DNA from: an uncultured virus (IMG/VR IMGVR_UViG_3300049489_000201)
Taxonomy: Duplodnaviria; Heunggongvirae; Uroviricota; Caudoviricetes
Virus record (IMG/VR): IMGVR_UViG_3300049489_000201
Direction: 5' to 3' (one strand)
Length of the DNA stretch: 64,000 nt
Shown here: positions 53,501 through 63,325 of the stretch, one piece after another
Numbering within the stretch: the first letter of the stretch is position 1
Layout of the letters: each line of letters starts with the position of its first letter
Program-made: the position numbers and the translations under genes
Notes under the pieces: model-generated
What the model saw: the letters and a program-made list of their open reading frames with translations, nothing else
What the model was told of the DNA's origin: nothing
Database searches by the model: none

Positions 53501-56500
53501 CAAGATGCTTGCTGCTTCACAGAATATGGGGGCCGCTGCGGCTGGTGATCCTGGAATTGTTGGTGCCGCTAGCCCAGCCCGCCGGGGTGGAAAACTAAAG
53601 GCAATCGGCAAGGGTGCTGGTATCGCCGCTGGAATTGGTCTGCTAACAGGCGGCGGGTCTATGGATGGCGCACTAGGCTCTGCTGCTGGAATTGCTGGTG
53701 GCGCACTTTCTGGTGCGATGCTTGGAAGTATCCTTCCTGGTGCCGGAACAGCAATTGGTGCGGGTGTTGGTGCGCTTGTCGCAGCCATCCCAATTCTAAT
53801 TTCAGCAAGTAATGAGGCTTCGTCGCAAATGGAGTCACTTGGTGAAGTTGGCTCTGTTGCTCTCGATAAGTTGGGGGCAAAGTTTAAAGACATCGCTGAC
53901 ACTCCTCTGACCAGCCTAATCGCTAAGACCCAGGAGGCAAAAACCAGAATTCAGGAACTGTACGACGAATTCAAGTCAGCACCAGAAGGGTCAACAGAAG
54001 AAAGATTCGTCAAGTTACTAAGTGGCGAATCAGACCAGAACAACCTTGCTGGTATGGTTGGAGATAAGATCACGACTCTAATCACCGCCGGTATGAAGCC
54101 AGAAGACATTCGCGCCTATATTGAGGCCGCTATGCAGGCTGCCGGAAAGGATGGTCAAATCGCCGCAGTGATGAATCAGATTGGACCATCGATCACACAA
54201 TCAATTGGTGAGTCGCTAAGGAGCCAGATTATATCTGGCGGTCTTGGAAGTGCTGCTCAGGCTGCGAATGCCCCATGGGAGCAGATGGCTGGAATTCGTG
54301 CTGGCGCTGGAACGCTTTCACAGGTGAACCCGGATGAAATAGAGCGCCTTGTTTCTGCTCTACAGGACTGGGCAAATAATACAACAATTGCTGACTTTAA
54401 CGTTGAAATGGCTAAGTTGGGCGGCGACATGGTTCCATTGGCCGCTCAGTCAATCGCCACCCTGGACGAGCGCTGGCGCCCGTTTGCCGAAAATGTAATG
54501 AATAATGGCGGGGACATGAATGACGTTCTTGCGCTGATTGCACTTAACGCACAGGGCGTTCGTATGAACCTTGATGAAATCTCAAGGAATCCATGGCAGA
54601 TCACTATGATGGTCCAGACATATGAGGGAAACCAGGAGGTCGCTGGAAACTTCGGAGACGTTATCGATAAGGCTTTTGCTAACCGCAAGAAGCGCATTCA
54701 GAATTCTGTTCCTGGTGGCGGGGCTGAAACAGCCGAGCAGTTCAATAAGCGCAAGGAAGCAATGAAGAAGGCCCAGCAGGACCAACTAGATGCGACCAAG
54801 AAGCACTATGACAAACTAATTGAGGCTGAGAAGAAGAAGGAAGCCGAACTCAAGAAGGTTCAGGATGCTGAAAAGCGCCGCCTAGACCGAGAAAAGACCA
54901 TGCGCGATATGCAGGTCAGTTACAACGAGGCAATTGCTTCTGGTAACTTCGGCCAGGCTGCGCTGATTAAGAACAATATGTCTGCAAATAAGGCAGCATG
55001 GGCACAGGAAGACAAGCAGCGTGCCCAGGACGAGGCGGCGCAGTCACGTCTAGACAAACTAGAGGCTGCGAAGGACAAGGCTGTCGAGCGGGAGCAGAAG
55101 CGCCTAGACGCGATTAACGACATGACGCAGAAGACCAACAAGGATGTTACGTCTTCCGCTAAATTGGCTGCCGACAAAAAGATAGCACTTGAAGATGGCG
55201 TTTACAAGGAGATGAAGGCAATTCTTGCCAAGTACCCTGGTGACGTTAACTCTGCGCTACAGGAAATTGTTTCCAAGTCTAATGAGTGGAAGTCTAAGGG
55301 CGTCGACGTTGGTAAGATTCTAGCCCGCGCGGTGGGCACAGAACTTAAGTCGCTGCCAAAGGACGTTGTTCAGGCAATCACCCAGAACCTTCCAGACGCA
55401 CCATGGGATGCCATCGGTAAAGCAATTCAGGGTAAGATCATGGGTGGCAAGGGTGGAAACAGAATGTTTGCACAGGCAATTCGTGTTCTTAATGCCTGGG
55501 AGCCAACGTCTAATTCTCCTACTACCGCTGGCGGCTCGATCCCTATTCCTGGGTATGGCGGAAAGTCAACGGGTACAGATGAGCGCGCTGCTGGTGGTTA
55601 TATCGCTGGCAAGGGTCACGGAACATCGGACGAAATTGACGCCAAGTTGAGCAACGGTGAATTCGTTATGACAAATGCCGCAGTAAACCACTATGGTAAG
55701 GGACTGATGGACAAGATCAACCAGCGCAAGTTTGCTGCTGGTGGATATGTCGAGTCTGTCGCTGGTGGATCGCTGTCTCGTATTTTCCAGGGTGCTGCAA
55801 TATCTGCAATTGGAAACCTAAGTGGCAGAACTGCTGTCGGTGGCTCTGTTTCTGCTGGCGTTGACGGTGGAGCAACTGGAACTGCTGGAGGCGCTGGATC
55901 TACAATTAAGGGTTCTGGTATCGGTGCAGAAATCGCTAAGATGGCTCTGAACTACGTAGGTGTTCCATATAGTTACACTGGCGGTAGCCCAGAAGATGGT
56001 TGGGGTTGTGCCCCGTTCGTACACTGGCTATACGCTCAGCGCGGATACAAGATCCCTGGCGGATCGTTGTCATACAACCAGTATCGCGGAATCAACGAGC
56101 ACCCAAGTCGCGGATCGCTAACCGGTGGTGACCTTGTATTCTTCAAGTACGCAAACGGCGTCAACACACAGAACCCAATTAACCACGTTGGTATGGCTCT
56201 GAACGGGTCAACCATGATTCACGCAGCCAACCCTAAGCGCGGAACCGTTGTTTCTGGAATCGACTGGGCTAACTACGTCGGTGCAGCCCGCCCAATCGGA
56301 ATGGACGGCAAGAAGAACTTCGCTCGCGGTGGTATCGCAATGATGGGCAAGGCTGGCGAGTATGTCGTAAACGACAGCGCCGTGCAGCATTATGGTGTAG
56401 GATTTATGAATGCACTAAACAACCAGACGTACCACAACGGCGGGCTGATCACAGAAAATGGTCCACAGCGTGGCGCTGGCGTTGGTGGAGCATCATATAG

Positions 56501-56600
56501 TTTCGTTATCAACGGAGTTGGCTGCGATCCAGATGAGGTTGCTGACAAGGTAATGAAGAAGATTGAAACATCACAGCGCAGAAGGAGCAGCGGACGATGA
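50556..56600 (+). CDS. tape measure protein with C-terminal NlpC/P60 domain
   Basis: 2014 aa helical; GVPYSYTGG...GCAPFV...GDLVFF...HVGM...IHA. Confidence 0.92.
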   Translation: MSVVNVEFRANANFSDLVAQVNAANASVQRLNMTFDSLQKKRIDGIMSGFNNALTASGQFTAQQVRLTSESEKFGKALDRQKLHLREYAREWQNFHRTQGGMIRDLARQQTMLERSMVVTRGRDSSGRTLADVITPTGLDGSLGTRAMMARKELQILNKVLNDGATSLINWGKNTQWAGRQLTVGLTVPLTLLGGAAAKMAYDMDKELTRVVKVYGNSINSMMTGPQINKLREDLTGLSKEIATTYGQTAQETLGLAADLAAAGKTGEELTASVTQTTRLATLGEVDRQEAMKATLALQTAFKQNSTELADSINFLNAVENQTSTSLQDLVEAIPKAGPVVKGLGGDVKDLSLMMVAMREGGIPAAEAANAIKSGLASLINPTKQAREMLQGYNIDIDKIQKAADGKLIPMVVGFKKALDGLDSFTKSQVIEQIFGKFQFARMTALFENLGEEGSQTMQVMELMGASTAELGAIADRELKTLQQSISGQFTRALETLKVNLADIGGAFLELGTKALNVVNWIIEKFNEMPEVVKKGIGGIGLFTAVIGPIIMTTGVLGNLLGYLIKGIAWFKAFGNSGVRTFELLDAEMIATRSAADVMAKSMYDSTTATKILDAEIQKLIKSLSDVGVVATTSAGKMTMALNQAQASTAIAEKEKQALVDRSAVGGPIVNPQYKRDNPKDPLAFRGSAFSHLYASATMWKSGELPIHPDNLYSTGSMVGDPGGAANEFQKSMKDKFRADSIVMLSDSMKDLDAQRKAMLGEMVKHNAEAAKLMGALTAEDRARLLPTMETFKSVNIAHAAFWKTIGDSAQAGTAVARTAAVQIKEGFARGLTAEEAYGNAFSTMLADTSSGLTTNIQAMEAQFDKIVASGQSTGAKMRAAVLELVAKQEAAGKVMLRNAGLATGLTIPTGVSPSPAGNVGGAVGVRSSDGALTQALYNRNVAEATERLERAAKSMETTGKVMTAAAVAEEKAGVTENVAADKMLAASQNMGAAAAGDPGIVGAASPARRGGKLKAIGKGAGIAAGIGLLTGGGSMDGALGSAAGIAGGALSGAMLGSILPGAGTAIGAGVGALVAAIPILISASNEASSQMESLGEVGSVALDKLGAKFKDIADTPLTSLIAKTQEAKTRIQELYDEFKSAPEGSTEERFVKLLSGESDQNNLAGMVGDKITTLITAGMKPEDIRAYIEAAMQAAGKDGQIAAVMNQIGPSITQSIGESLRSQIISGGLGSAAQAANAPWEQMAGIRAGAGTLSQVNPDEIERLVSALQDWANNTTIADFNVEMAKLGGDMVPLAAQSIATLDERWRPFAENVMNNGGDMNDVLALIALNAQGVRMNLDEISRNPWQITMMVQTYEGNQEVAGNFGDVIDKAFANRKKRIQNSVPGGGAETAEQFNKRKEAMKKAQQDQLDATKKHYDKLIEAEKKKEAELKKVQDAEKRRLDREKTMRDMQVSYNEAIASGNFGQAALIKNNMSANKAAWAQEDKQRAQDEAAQSRLDKLEAAKDKAVEREQKRLDAINDMTQKTNKDVTSSAKLAADKKIALEDGVYKEMKAILAKYPGDVNSALQEIVSKSNEWKSKGVDVGKILARAVGTELKSLPKDVVQAITQNLPDAPWDAIGKAIQGKIMGGKGGNRMFAQAIRVLNAWEPTSNSPTTAGGSIPIPGYGGKSTGTDERAAGGYIAGKGHGTSDEIDAKLSNGEFVMTNAAVNHYGKGLMDKINQRKFAAGGYVESVAGGSLSRIFQGAAISAIGNLSGRTAVGGSVSAGVDGGATGTAGGAGSTIKGSGIGAEIAKMALNYVGVPYSYTGGSPEDGWGCAPFVHWLYAQRGYKIPGGSLSYNQYRGINEHPSRGSLTGGDLVFFKYANGVNTQNPINHVGMALNGSTMIHAANPKRGTVVSGIDWANYVGAARPIGMDGKKNFARGGIAMMGKAGEYVVNDSAVQHYGVGFMNALNNQTYHNGGLITENGPQRGAGVGGASYSFVINGVGCDPDEVADKVMKKIETSQRRRSSGR

Positions 56601-57019
56601 CACAGGTATTTCCTCGCGGGTCGATAATGTCGATCACAAACGGCACACTGACAGGGACGTTAACGGAGCATAACCGTGGTGAACTTAGCATAACCCCTGA
56701 GCGCCTGGGTAATCGTGAGCGCATGCATAATGGTGATATGCGCGCTGCCTTCGTGGCGATTAAAAACACGCTCTCCGTTTCTTGGACGGACATTCCTTCA
56801 CAGGACACAGTGGCCGTGGACGGCTATAAGGCCGGGAAGTGGATGAAGGATTTCTACGACTCGACCGTGGGAACAGTAACCGTAACCCTATCCTACGATG
56901 GTACAGACACGAGCATTACCGGAATCATCACAGACTTCTCTTATCTGGTAAAGCGTCGAACAACTGGTCCGCTGTCGTACGATCTTGTCGACATTAGCAT
57001 GAGTATAGAAGAGATATGA
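56597..57019 (+). CDS. minor tail (distal tail-like) protein
   Basis: follows tape measure; R.HNG.MR...SW..IP. Confidence 0.65.
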   Translation: MTQVFPRGSIMSITNGTLTGTLTEHNRGELSITPERLGNRERMHNGDMRAAFVAIKNTLSVSWTDIPSQDTVAVDGYKAGKWMKDFYDSTVGTVTVTLSYDGTDTSITGIITDFSYLVKRRTTGPLSYDLVDISMSIEEI

Positions 57020-57810
57020 CAAACAAACTAAATGCAGACAAAATTATCTGGACGGGAAACACTCTAAATGAACTCAGGGACTTGCTGGGCGGCGATTTCG
57101 ATGTTGAATTCGAAGAGGAAATTCTTGACGAGGAGGGCCTTGACTTCCCTTGGCCTGTTTCTGTCAAATCTGTAGATGTTGACACAACACGCGGTGATAC
57201 CTCGGTTGATATCACCATTACATTCGACGGTGTGGATGGGGCGGAACTATACGAAGTGAGGTTCAGCCCAGTTGGAGACGTTGCTCCACCACCAGTAGAA
57301 ACAAGTGACTACACAGTAACCATGGCATATAACGCGGCTACAATCACAAATGAAGGTGTGCCAATTGAGTATGTGGTTACTGATCCTGAGGTTGTCGATT
57401 TGCACAATGGAAATACTACGGTGGCTGCTATCACAGACATCGGTCCGCAGCCAGGAATCCAGATCCACTTTGTCTACTCGTTCCCAGTTGGAGCAAAACT
57501 TCGGGCAATCGAACTCGACATTTATGGCACAACAACAGTGGACGATACCGAATTTGGTGGCTATGCTGACTATACATCTAACGATTTAAACCTTGATCTT
57601 ACTAAGTGGAGCACCACCACCAACCTCGTAGACACAGGAACATTTCACTTCAACCCCACGATCACCTTTGACGAGGGCGACCTAATGGATGACTGGGTAA
57701 ATATCGGCAGTGCGCCAACAGATATCTGGCTTACTATGACTACACCATATGGCGGCACCCAGACGATCACTATCGCAGAAGCCCAGATGACAGTCACCTA
57801 CGCCGCCTAG
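57016..57810 (+). CDS. minor tail protein
   Basis: N-terminal about 85 aa shared with 61032 gene. Confidence 0.65.
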   Translation: MTNKLNADKIIWTGNTLNELRDLLGGDFDVEFEEEILDEEGLDFPWPVSVKSVDVDTTRGDTSVDITITFDGVDGAELYEVRFSPVGDVAPPPVETSDYTVTMAYNAATITNEGVPIEYVVTDPEVVDLHNGNTTVAAITDIGPQPGIQIHFVYSFPVGAKLRAIELDIYGTTTVDDTEFGGYADYTSNDLNLDLTKWSTTTNLVDTGTFHFNPTITFDEGDLMDDWVNIGSAPTDIWLTMTTPYGGTQTITIAEAQMTVTYAA

Positions 57811-57849
57811 CCGTTCGACTTAACTCGCCCGAATTGATATAATCAGCCT

Positions 57850-60800
57850 ATGCTTGGAAACTCCACAGACAAACAGTATATTGCGGAAAATACCGTAACC
57901 CAGTTCACTACCCGCTGCATAGGCGAGTGGAACATGAATATGTATACGGATATTGATGACATCGCAGATGCGGTCTACGGAACAGATACGACCGAGTTTT
58001 ACAAGAACTTTTTTCCACTGGATAGCGTTGTCAAGGGATGGAGGCCAACCAGCGGAATTCTAAAGCCACGTAAGAAGTGGGCGCGGTGGCGCAAGAAGGG
58101 GTGGCGCAATCTCGCGGCTCTGACTGCTGTAACAGATGGCTACGTATTGAAGCCTCGTATGTATTACGCCAAGAAGTCCAATCAGTATAAGTATTGGGAG
58201 CACCACGCCCAAATCGCTGCTGGATCTGTGACTCCGACGATTACCTATGTAGATGACGTATGGGCCAATAAACTATCGGTTACATTTGTTAACCTGCCAA
58301 AGCCGTACGCCCCAACTACCTATGACACCGTGACGGCGTTTCAGATTCAGTATCGCACTGGTCCTAGCACATGGAATACTGCGCTTTCTGTAACTGGATA
58401 TACTATGCCAGCCGATGGAGTTGTATCGGTATACAGCACTGGCGGCGGGTCATGGACAACCACCAAGCCGTCGTCACCTTCGCTATCCACTGCCTTGCAG
58501 ATCACCGGAATTCGCGTTGTCATCACAGCATGTACCGACTCAACTATGCACCCAGCCATTATTGAAATGTCACCACGAGTCCAGGTTGATCTGACTGACA
58601 GGCTACAGGACTGGTCGTTTGATGCCAATCTAGCCGAGGAATCTGAAATCTTCCCTGTTGGAACAATCAGTTCAAACAATGGGTCGGTGACGCTATCAAA
58701 TAATGACGGACTGCTTGAGCCTGGGCTCGCTGGCGGTGTGGCTATTTCGTATGCTGATATCATGAAGAAATACGGAAAGATCACCGTTACGACAACAGCA
58801 GTAACTGGCGGGGCCACAGAAGTTCCTGTTTTTACTGCATATGTTGATGAGCCATCAATTACTGGAAATAAGGAAACAGTAACACTCAGCCTGTTTGACT
58901 ACGCTAAGATTTTGCAAGACCAAAAAGTTTCAGAAATAGCCATCAACGACTGCACCCCGACCGCTGCCATTTGGTCGATCTTGGACGCCGCTGGTCACAA
59001 TAATGTCCTTATTAGGCGCGCAGCCAACGACAAAGAAATCCATATGCGGTGGTTCTACACAGAGCCAGAGCAGTCCGTATGGGATGCCATCGAGGCGATT
59101 TGCTCAAGCAACCAGTATGCTGTTTATGTAGACGAACTAGATCGCATTGTCATTGCTACCAGAAACTTTCTTTACAGCGGAACGAGCCCAGATTTTACAT
59201 TTACTACCGATGCGGTAACTGATGGTGGTCTTAACTACAAGGCAAACATTGGCCAGTTTGATGAAGAAACTCCTGGCCAGCCAGTTAATACAGTAAATGT
59301 TTCCTTCCGCCCACTCGATTTATATAGCGCCAATGATCCGGACGACTCAAAATACACAAAGCCGAACCAGGTGGCATTCAATCGTCGCGGAACTCTGGAA
59401 CTATACCGACCAAATCAGCCGGTTCTACTTAGTTGCGCGAGCCTGGTCAAGCCGATGACAATCAACCAGACATATATGTACGTGAACAACACAGCGGTTC
59501 GAAATGCCCAGTGGGGTGACTTTGCAGGGCACGTCATTATCGACGCAGAGATTATCAAGTTCGATGGGCTTGAGTATGCGTACACGCCGAAGGCGGGTGC
59601 CCCAGCAGGCCCCGCCGTAGTAAAGTCACTAGAGGACTTAAACGAGGTATACGCATACAGCCAGGGAATCGTTACATTTACTGGAAAGGTATGTAATTTA
59701 ACGCGCGGGCAGTTCGGAACCAAGGCTAGTGCTCACAGCCTGTCGCTAGCAAGTTGGTCAGTTTCTCGCTACGCAGCAATCACGACTGACACGCTTGGAA
59801 ACAAGTTCTTGCGAATCAACAACAAGACTGCGGCTGCGCGAAAGGTCACGTATGCTCATAAGGTCGTGGCGGCAAACAGCAAGTGGACGAACACCCGCCT
59901 ACAGATCCTCGACTCAAAGACAAAGCAGCGGGCGGGTGGAGTAATTGTATCCGTTACTACCTCTGGCTCTGGACTCAGCGGAATCTACGTTGAAATTAGC
60001 AACAAGGACAATACCAATACAGGATATGTTCGTGTATACAAGGTAACCGATAGTTTGATTGGGAAGAAGCCGCTGGCAAGTAAGGCTATCAAGACGCCGG
60101 AGGGCAAGCCATTCGACTTCTCTGTCTACTTTGCCAAGCAGAATACAAAAGTTGGCGTACGCAGAGTATTGGCTGTAGACATTGACAATCAGCGTGAACT
60201 ACAAGTAATGCTGGACTCGGGAACGGTTACCGACAGAATCGCCCTCGCGGCGACTGGCGACAGCATCGTTCAGTTTGATTATGTTGCTGGTGGAACCAGC
60301 CAGGAAGACATTCAAACAAAATACGATGGTAGTATCAAGAAATATATTTCTGGAATGTTGGAGCGGGACCGAGGATGGAAGGATAGCGTAGCGCTACCAG
60401 ACTTGTCCAAGGTGGGATTTGAGCGTTTCGATGATTACGTCCGTGGCATTTATGTTGACACAGTAAAATATACTCGTGGTCCAGCCCTAACCAGCAATTT
60501 TGTTGGAACGTCTTTGAACGTCCGTGATGCGCTTAATCGCAAGCAGGTCGCCCTGGGCAACGACATTGCATCGGCAATAAGTGACAAGACTCCGTGGGGC
60601 TCGACTATTGCTGTGGCAAACTGCTCTAGCCGACCAGTCGTTCTGGTGAATGTAACTGATAATGGTGAGATCCTGTACCCATTCATAAATGGAGAGGTCA
60701 TCAACGAGTTTGAGCAGATTACCGTTATCGAAAAAGATGACAAATCAATTAACCGCATCGGTGAAAAGAAACTTGAACTATCTCCAACGTGGGTAAACAG

Positions 60801-61035
60801 CCGCTCGCTGGCCACGGCGCTTGCTAAATGGGTTCTTGCGCGGAGCAAGGATGGTGTCAAGAAGGTCAACGTGGATGCTTGGTCGGCACACATAATCCAG
60901 ATCGGTGATACCATTAGGGTTATGAAGAAGGTTTCTGATTCCGTTACTACGTCTGAGTTGTATATGGTGGCCGGGTCGACTAAGTCCGGCGACAGCAATG
61001 GTCTTAAGACCAGTTTTAGGTTGGTAAAGATATGA
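57850..61035 (+). CDS. large minor tail / hub protein
   Basis: 1061 aa; EQSVWDAI...VDE; EIIKF...RGQFGT. Confidence 0.75.
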   Translation: MLGNSTDKQYIAENTVTQFTTRCIGEWNMNMYTDIDDIADAVYGTDTTEFYKNFFPLDSVVKGWRPTSGILKPRKKWARWRKKGWRNLAALTAVTDGYVLKPRMYYAKKSNQYKYWEHHAQIAAGSVTPTITYVDDVWANKLSVTFVNLPKPYAPTTYDTVTAFQIQYRTGPSTWNTALSVTGYTMPADGVVSVYSTGGGSWTTTKPSSPSLSTALQITGIRVVITACTDSTMHPAIIEMSPRVQVDLTDRLQDWSFDANLAEESEIFPVGTISSNNGSVTLSNNDGLLEPGLAGGVAISYADIMKKYGKITVTTTAVTGGATEVPVFTAYVDEPSITGNKETVTLSLFDYAKILQDQKVSEIAINDCTPTAAIWSILDAAGHNNVLIRRAANDKEIHMRWFYTEPEQSVWDAIEAICSSNQYAVYVDELDRIVIATRNFLYSGTSPDFTFTTDAVTDGGLNYKANIGQFDEETPGQPVNTVNVSFRPLDLYSANDPDDSKYTKPNQVAFNRRGTLELYRPNQPVLLSCASLVKPMTINQTYMYVNNTAVRNAQWGDFAGHVIIDAEIIKFDGLEYAYTPKAGAPAGPAVVKSLEDLNEVYAYSQGIVTFTGKVCNLTRGQFGTKASAHSLSLASWSVSRYAAITTDTLGNKFLRINNKTAAARKVTYAHKVVAANSKWTNTRLQILDSKTKQRAGGVIVSVTTSGSGLSGIYVEISNKDNTNTGYVRVYKVTDSLIGKKPLASKAIKTPEGKPFDFSVYFAKQNTKVGVRRVLAVDIDNQRELQVMLDSGTVTDRIALAATGDSIVQFDYVAGGTSQEDIQTKYDGSIKKYISGMLERDRGWKDSVALPDLSKVGFERFDDYVRGIYVDTVKYTRGPALTSNFVGTSLNVRDALNRKQVALGNDIASAISDKTPWGSTIAVANCSSRPVVLVNVTDNGEILYPFINGEVINEFEQITVIEKDDKSINRIGEKKLELSPTWVNSRSLATALAKWVLARSKDGVKKVNVDAWSAHIIQIGDTIRVMKKVSDSVTTSELYMVAGSTKSGDSNGLKTSFRLVKI

Positions 61036-62351
61036 GCAAACTAAATGCTGATCGCATCATCTGGACAGATAACACACTCAACGAACTGAGGGATCTGCTC
61101 GGTGAAATCGAAATTGAGTTTGACGAAGATGATGTGCTCGACTCGCTAGACTTCCCATGGCCGATCACGATCAAGTCCGTTGGTCACGATGAAGACGAGG
61201 GCGGGACACAGACGGTGTATGCCGTTATCAGTTTTGACGCTGTTGATGGGGCGGAAACATATGAGGTCCGCTTTAGCCCGCTCGACCCATTCCTGCCGCG
61301 AGGTATTTACGGATATGGAAATGCCACAACAGACATTACCCATCTACAGTGCGCTATGGTGGCCAACGACATTATGGCTATTTTCAGAGCAACCCATGTC
61401 AGCGGCACAAATACCATATATGTTCGATATATGGATATTGACGCTATGACTATGGGCGCAGAAACGGTTCTCCATACTTTTAGTAGTTCGTACGACATCG
61501 ACACTCCGCATAGTCCATATGACTATACTCCATTTAAAGCATATGAACTTAAAAATGGCAACGTCATGGTTGTAATCAACGTGTCACAGTTCTTTATTCA
61601 CGACGAGTCATATGCCAGGATCTATCGCTGGGATGGATCCGGATTAGTGCTTGTATCAAGCACAACTGGTGGTGGCACAGGGTTCACCCATCGAGACTCA
61701 ACCCCAGTAAACTATAATTTCCCAGGTTGGTCGCTCGGAAGCCCAAACAGTTACGAATTTGGAAATATAAGTGACACCGGCTTGTGGGCACCCATGCTTG
61801 CACTATACGATCCAGATTATTGTGTATATATGACATATCCAGGGCTTGTGCCGACTGACCTTGTTCTCCCAGTAAATAAACTGGCAAGTTCTTCCGGTGG
61901 TGGGCGATATGGGTGGCAGCAATGGGTCGACTCTAAAACAGACCCAACAAAAACATATATGCTTACAAATGATACCGATGTTGTTGCGAGCGATGAGCAC
62001 CTGGCCCTAGTTAAACTAAATGTAACTCCTTCCGCCATAACTGTTTCCTCGACATCTGACGTTCTGACAAACAGTGGTATTGGATCGTTTACTGGTGTCT
62101 TTATTAACTCAATAGATGTAAGATTCGATGAAAAAGTTACCACCACATTTATTAAGAGCAAATTTAGCACTACTGTGCTAGAGGCCAGAACTATGATTGA
62201 TGTATTTGGAAAAAAGATTGCTGTGGACTTTACAGCACCAGATGGTTTTGGCACCAACTGGACTGGGATGGGCACGAGGTACGCTGGTGTCGTATACTTA
62301 TCTGCCGGTAAATTGAATTGGTATTTCATCAGCCCAGGAGAGTACCTATAG
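61032..62351 (+). CDS. minor tail protein
   Basis: paralogous N-terminus with 57016 gene. Confidence 0.65.
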   Translation: MSKLNADRIIWTDNTLNELRDLLGEIEIEFDEDDVLDSLDFPWPITIKSVGHDEDEGGTQTVYAVISFDAVDGAETYEVRFSPLDPFLPRGIYGYGNATTDITHLQCAMVANDIMAIFRATHVSGTNTIYVRYMDIDAMTMGAETVLHTFSSSYDIDTPHSPYDYTPFKAYELKNGNVMVVINVSQFFIHDESYARIYRWDGSGLVLVSSTTGGGTGFTHRDSTPVNYNFPGWSLGSPNSYEFGNISDTGLWAPMLALYDPDYCVYMTYPGLVPTDLVLPVNKLASSSGGGRYGWQQWVDSKTDPTKTYMLTNDTDVVASDEHLALVKLNVTPSAITVSSTSDVLTNSGIGSFTGVFINSIDVRFDEKVTTTFIKSKFSTTVLEARTMIDVFGKKIAVDFTAPDGFGTNWTGMGTRYAGVVYLSAGKLNWYFISPGEYL

Positions 62352-62389
62352 GGTTCGACTTTTTCTAGGTCAAACTGTATAATCAGACC

Positions 62390-63325
62390 ATGCGCGGAAC
62401 ATATGTAATTAAGCAGGATGGCGTTGAAATCGCCCGAAGCGAAAACCTTATTACAACGGCTGGCAAGCGAGCCATCGTTTCTTTTCTTTCGGGTGCTGGC
62501 GCTGGGTGGGGCGATGCCATGGCAATTGGTGCTGGAACTGCCGCAGCCGTTGTTGGTGACACGGCGCTGCAACTTGAGTATGATCGCCAGGCTACTTTGG
62601 CCAAAGCCGTCACCTTTAACGGCGGCGGGGCGGGGATTCACAGAATCATCTGCAAAACAACGGTACCTAGTAATGTATCTGGCTGGATCAACGAACTTGG
62701 CATATTTTCACAGTACGAGGGGGCGAGCCAAACCTCATCAAGTGCCATGCTGGCGGGGTTGTTTGATGACGAGGACTGGGAGGTCTATTCTGGTGGTAAC
62801 TGGATCGATATTGCTACTGCACCAGACACATCAGAAAGCCGGGTGGGGGCGAATGCAACAACGCTGACCTCGGGAACAACTACTACACAGTACCGAGTAA
62901 ATCTAGCAGACACAGACTATACTCTTTTTGGCTCAACCGACAAACTTAAGTTTGGTGCATACCTTATTTCTGGTGCCCTGTCATCAGTCGTTATCAAATT
63001 CTATACAGACGACAGCAATTACTTTTCTTATGCGCCAACTACAAGTGCATTTTGCAGCGCAAGCCTCGGTGTTTACACTGCGTCCAGTTTCTTGAAGTCC
63101 AATTGGACTGCCACTGGATCTCCCGTGTGGTCAAATATTAGCAGCATGGGCGTTGATATTACTGCTACGTCTGGCACTGTCAATGTTGCATTCGATGCCG
63201 CCAGGTTTGAAGATGCTGATAGTTTTGACGAATCCTACTGCTTGGTTAGCCGCTCGATCCTTTCCCCAGCAATTCAGAAGGTAGCCGGGACCGAACTAGA
63301 TATCGAATACTACTTGGACATCTAA
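62390..63325 (+). CDS. minor tail protein
   Basis: NLITTAG...AIGAG...ELGIF; leaderless promoter. Confidence 0.7.
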   Translation: MRGTYVIKQDGVEIARSENLITTAGKRAIVSFLSGAGAGWGDAMAIGAGTAAAVVGDTALQLEYDRQATLAKAVTFNGGGAGIHRIICKTTVPSNVSGWINELGIFSQYEGASQTSSSAMLAGLFDDEDWEVYSGGNWIDIATAPDTSESRVGANATTLTSGTTTTQYRVNLADTDYTLFGSTDKLKFGAYLISGALSSVVIKFYTDDSNYFSYAPTTSAFCSASLGVYTASSFLKSNWTATGSPVWSNISSMGVDITATSGTVNVAFDAARFEDADSFDESYCLVSRSILSPAIQKVAGTELDIEYYLDI

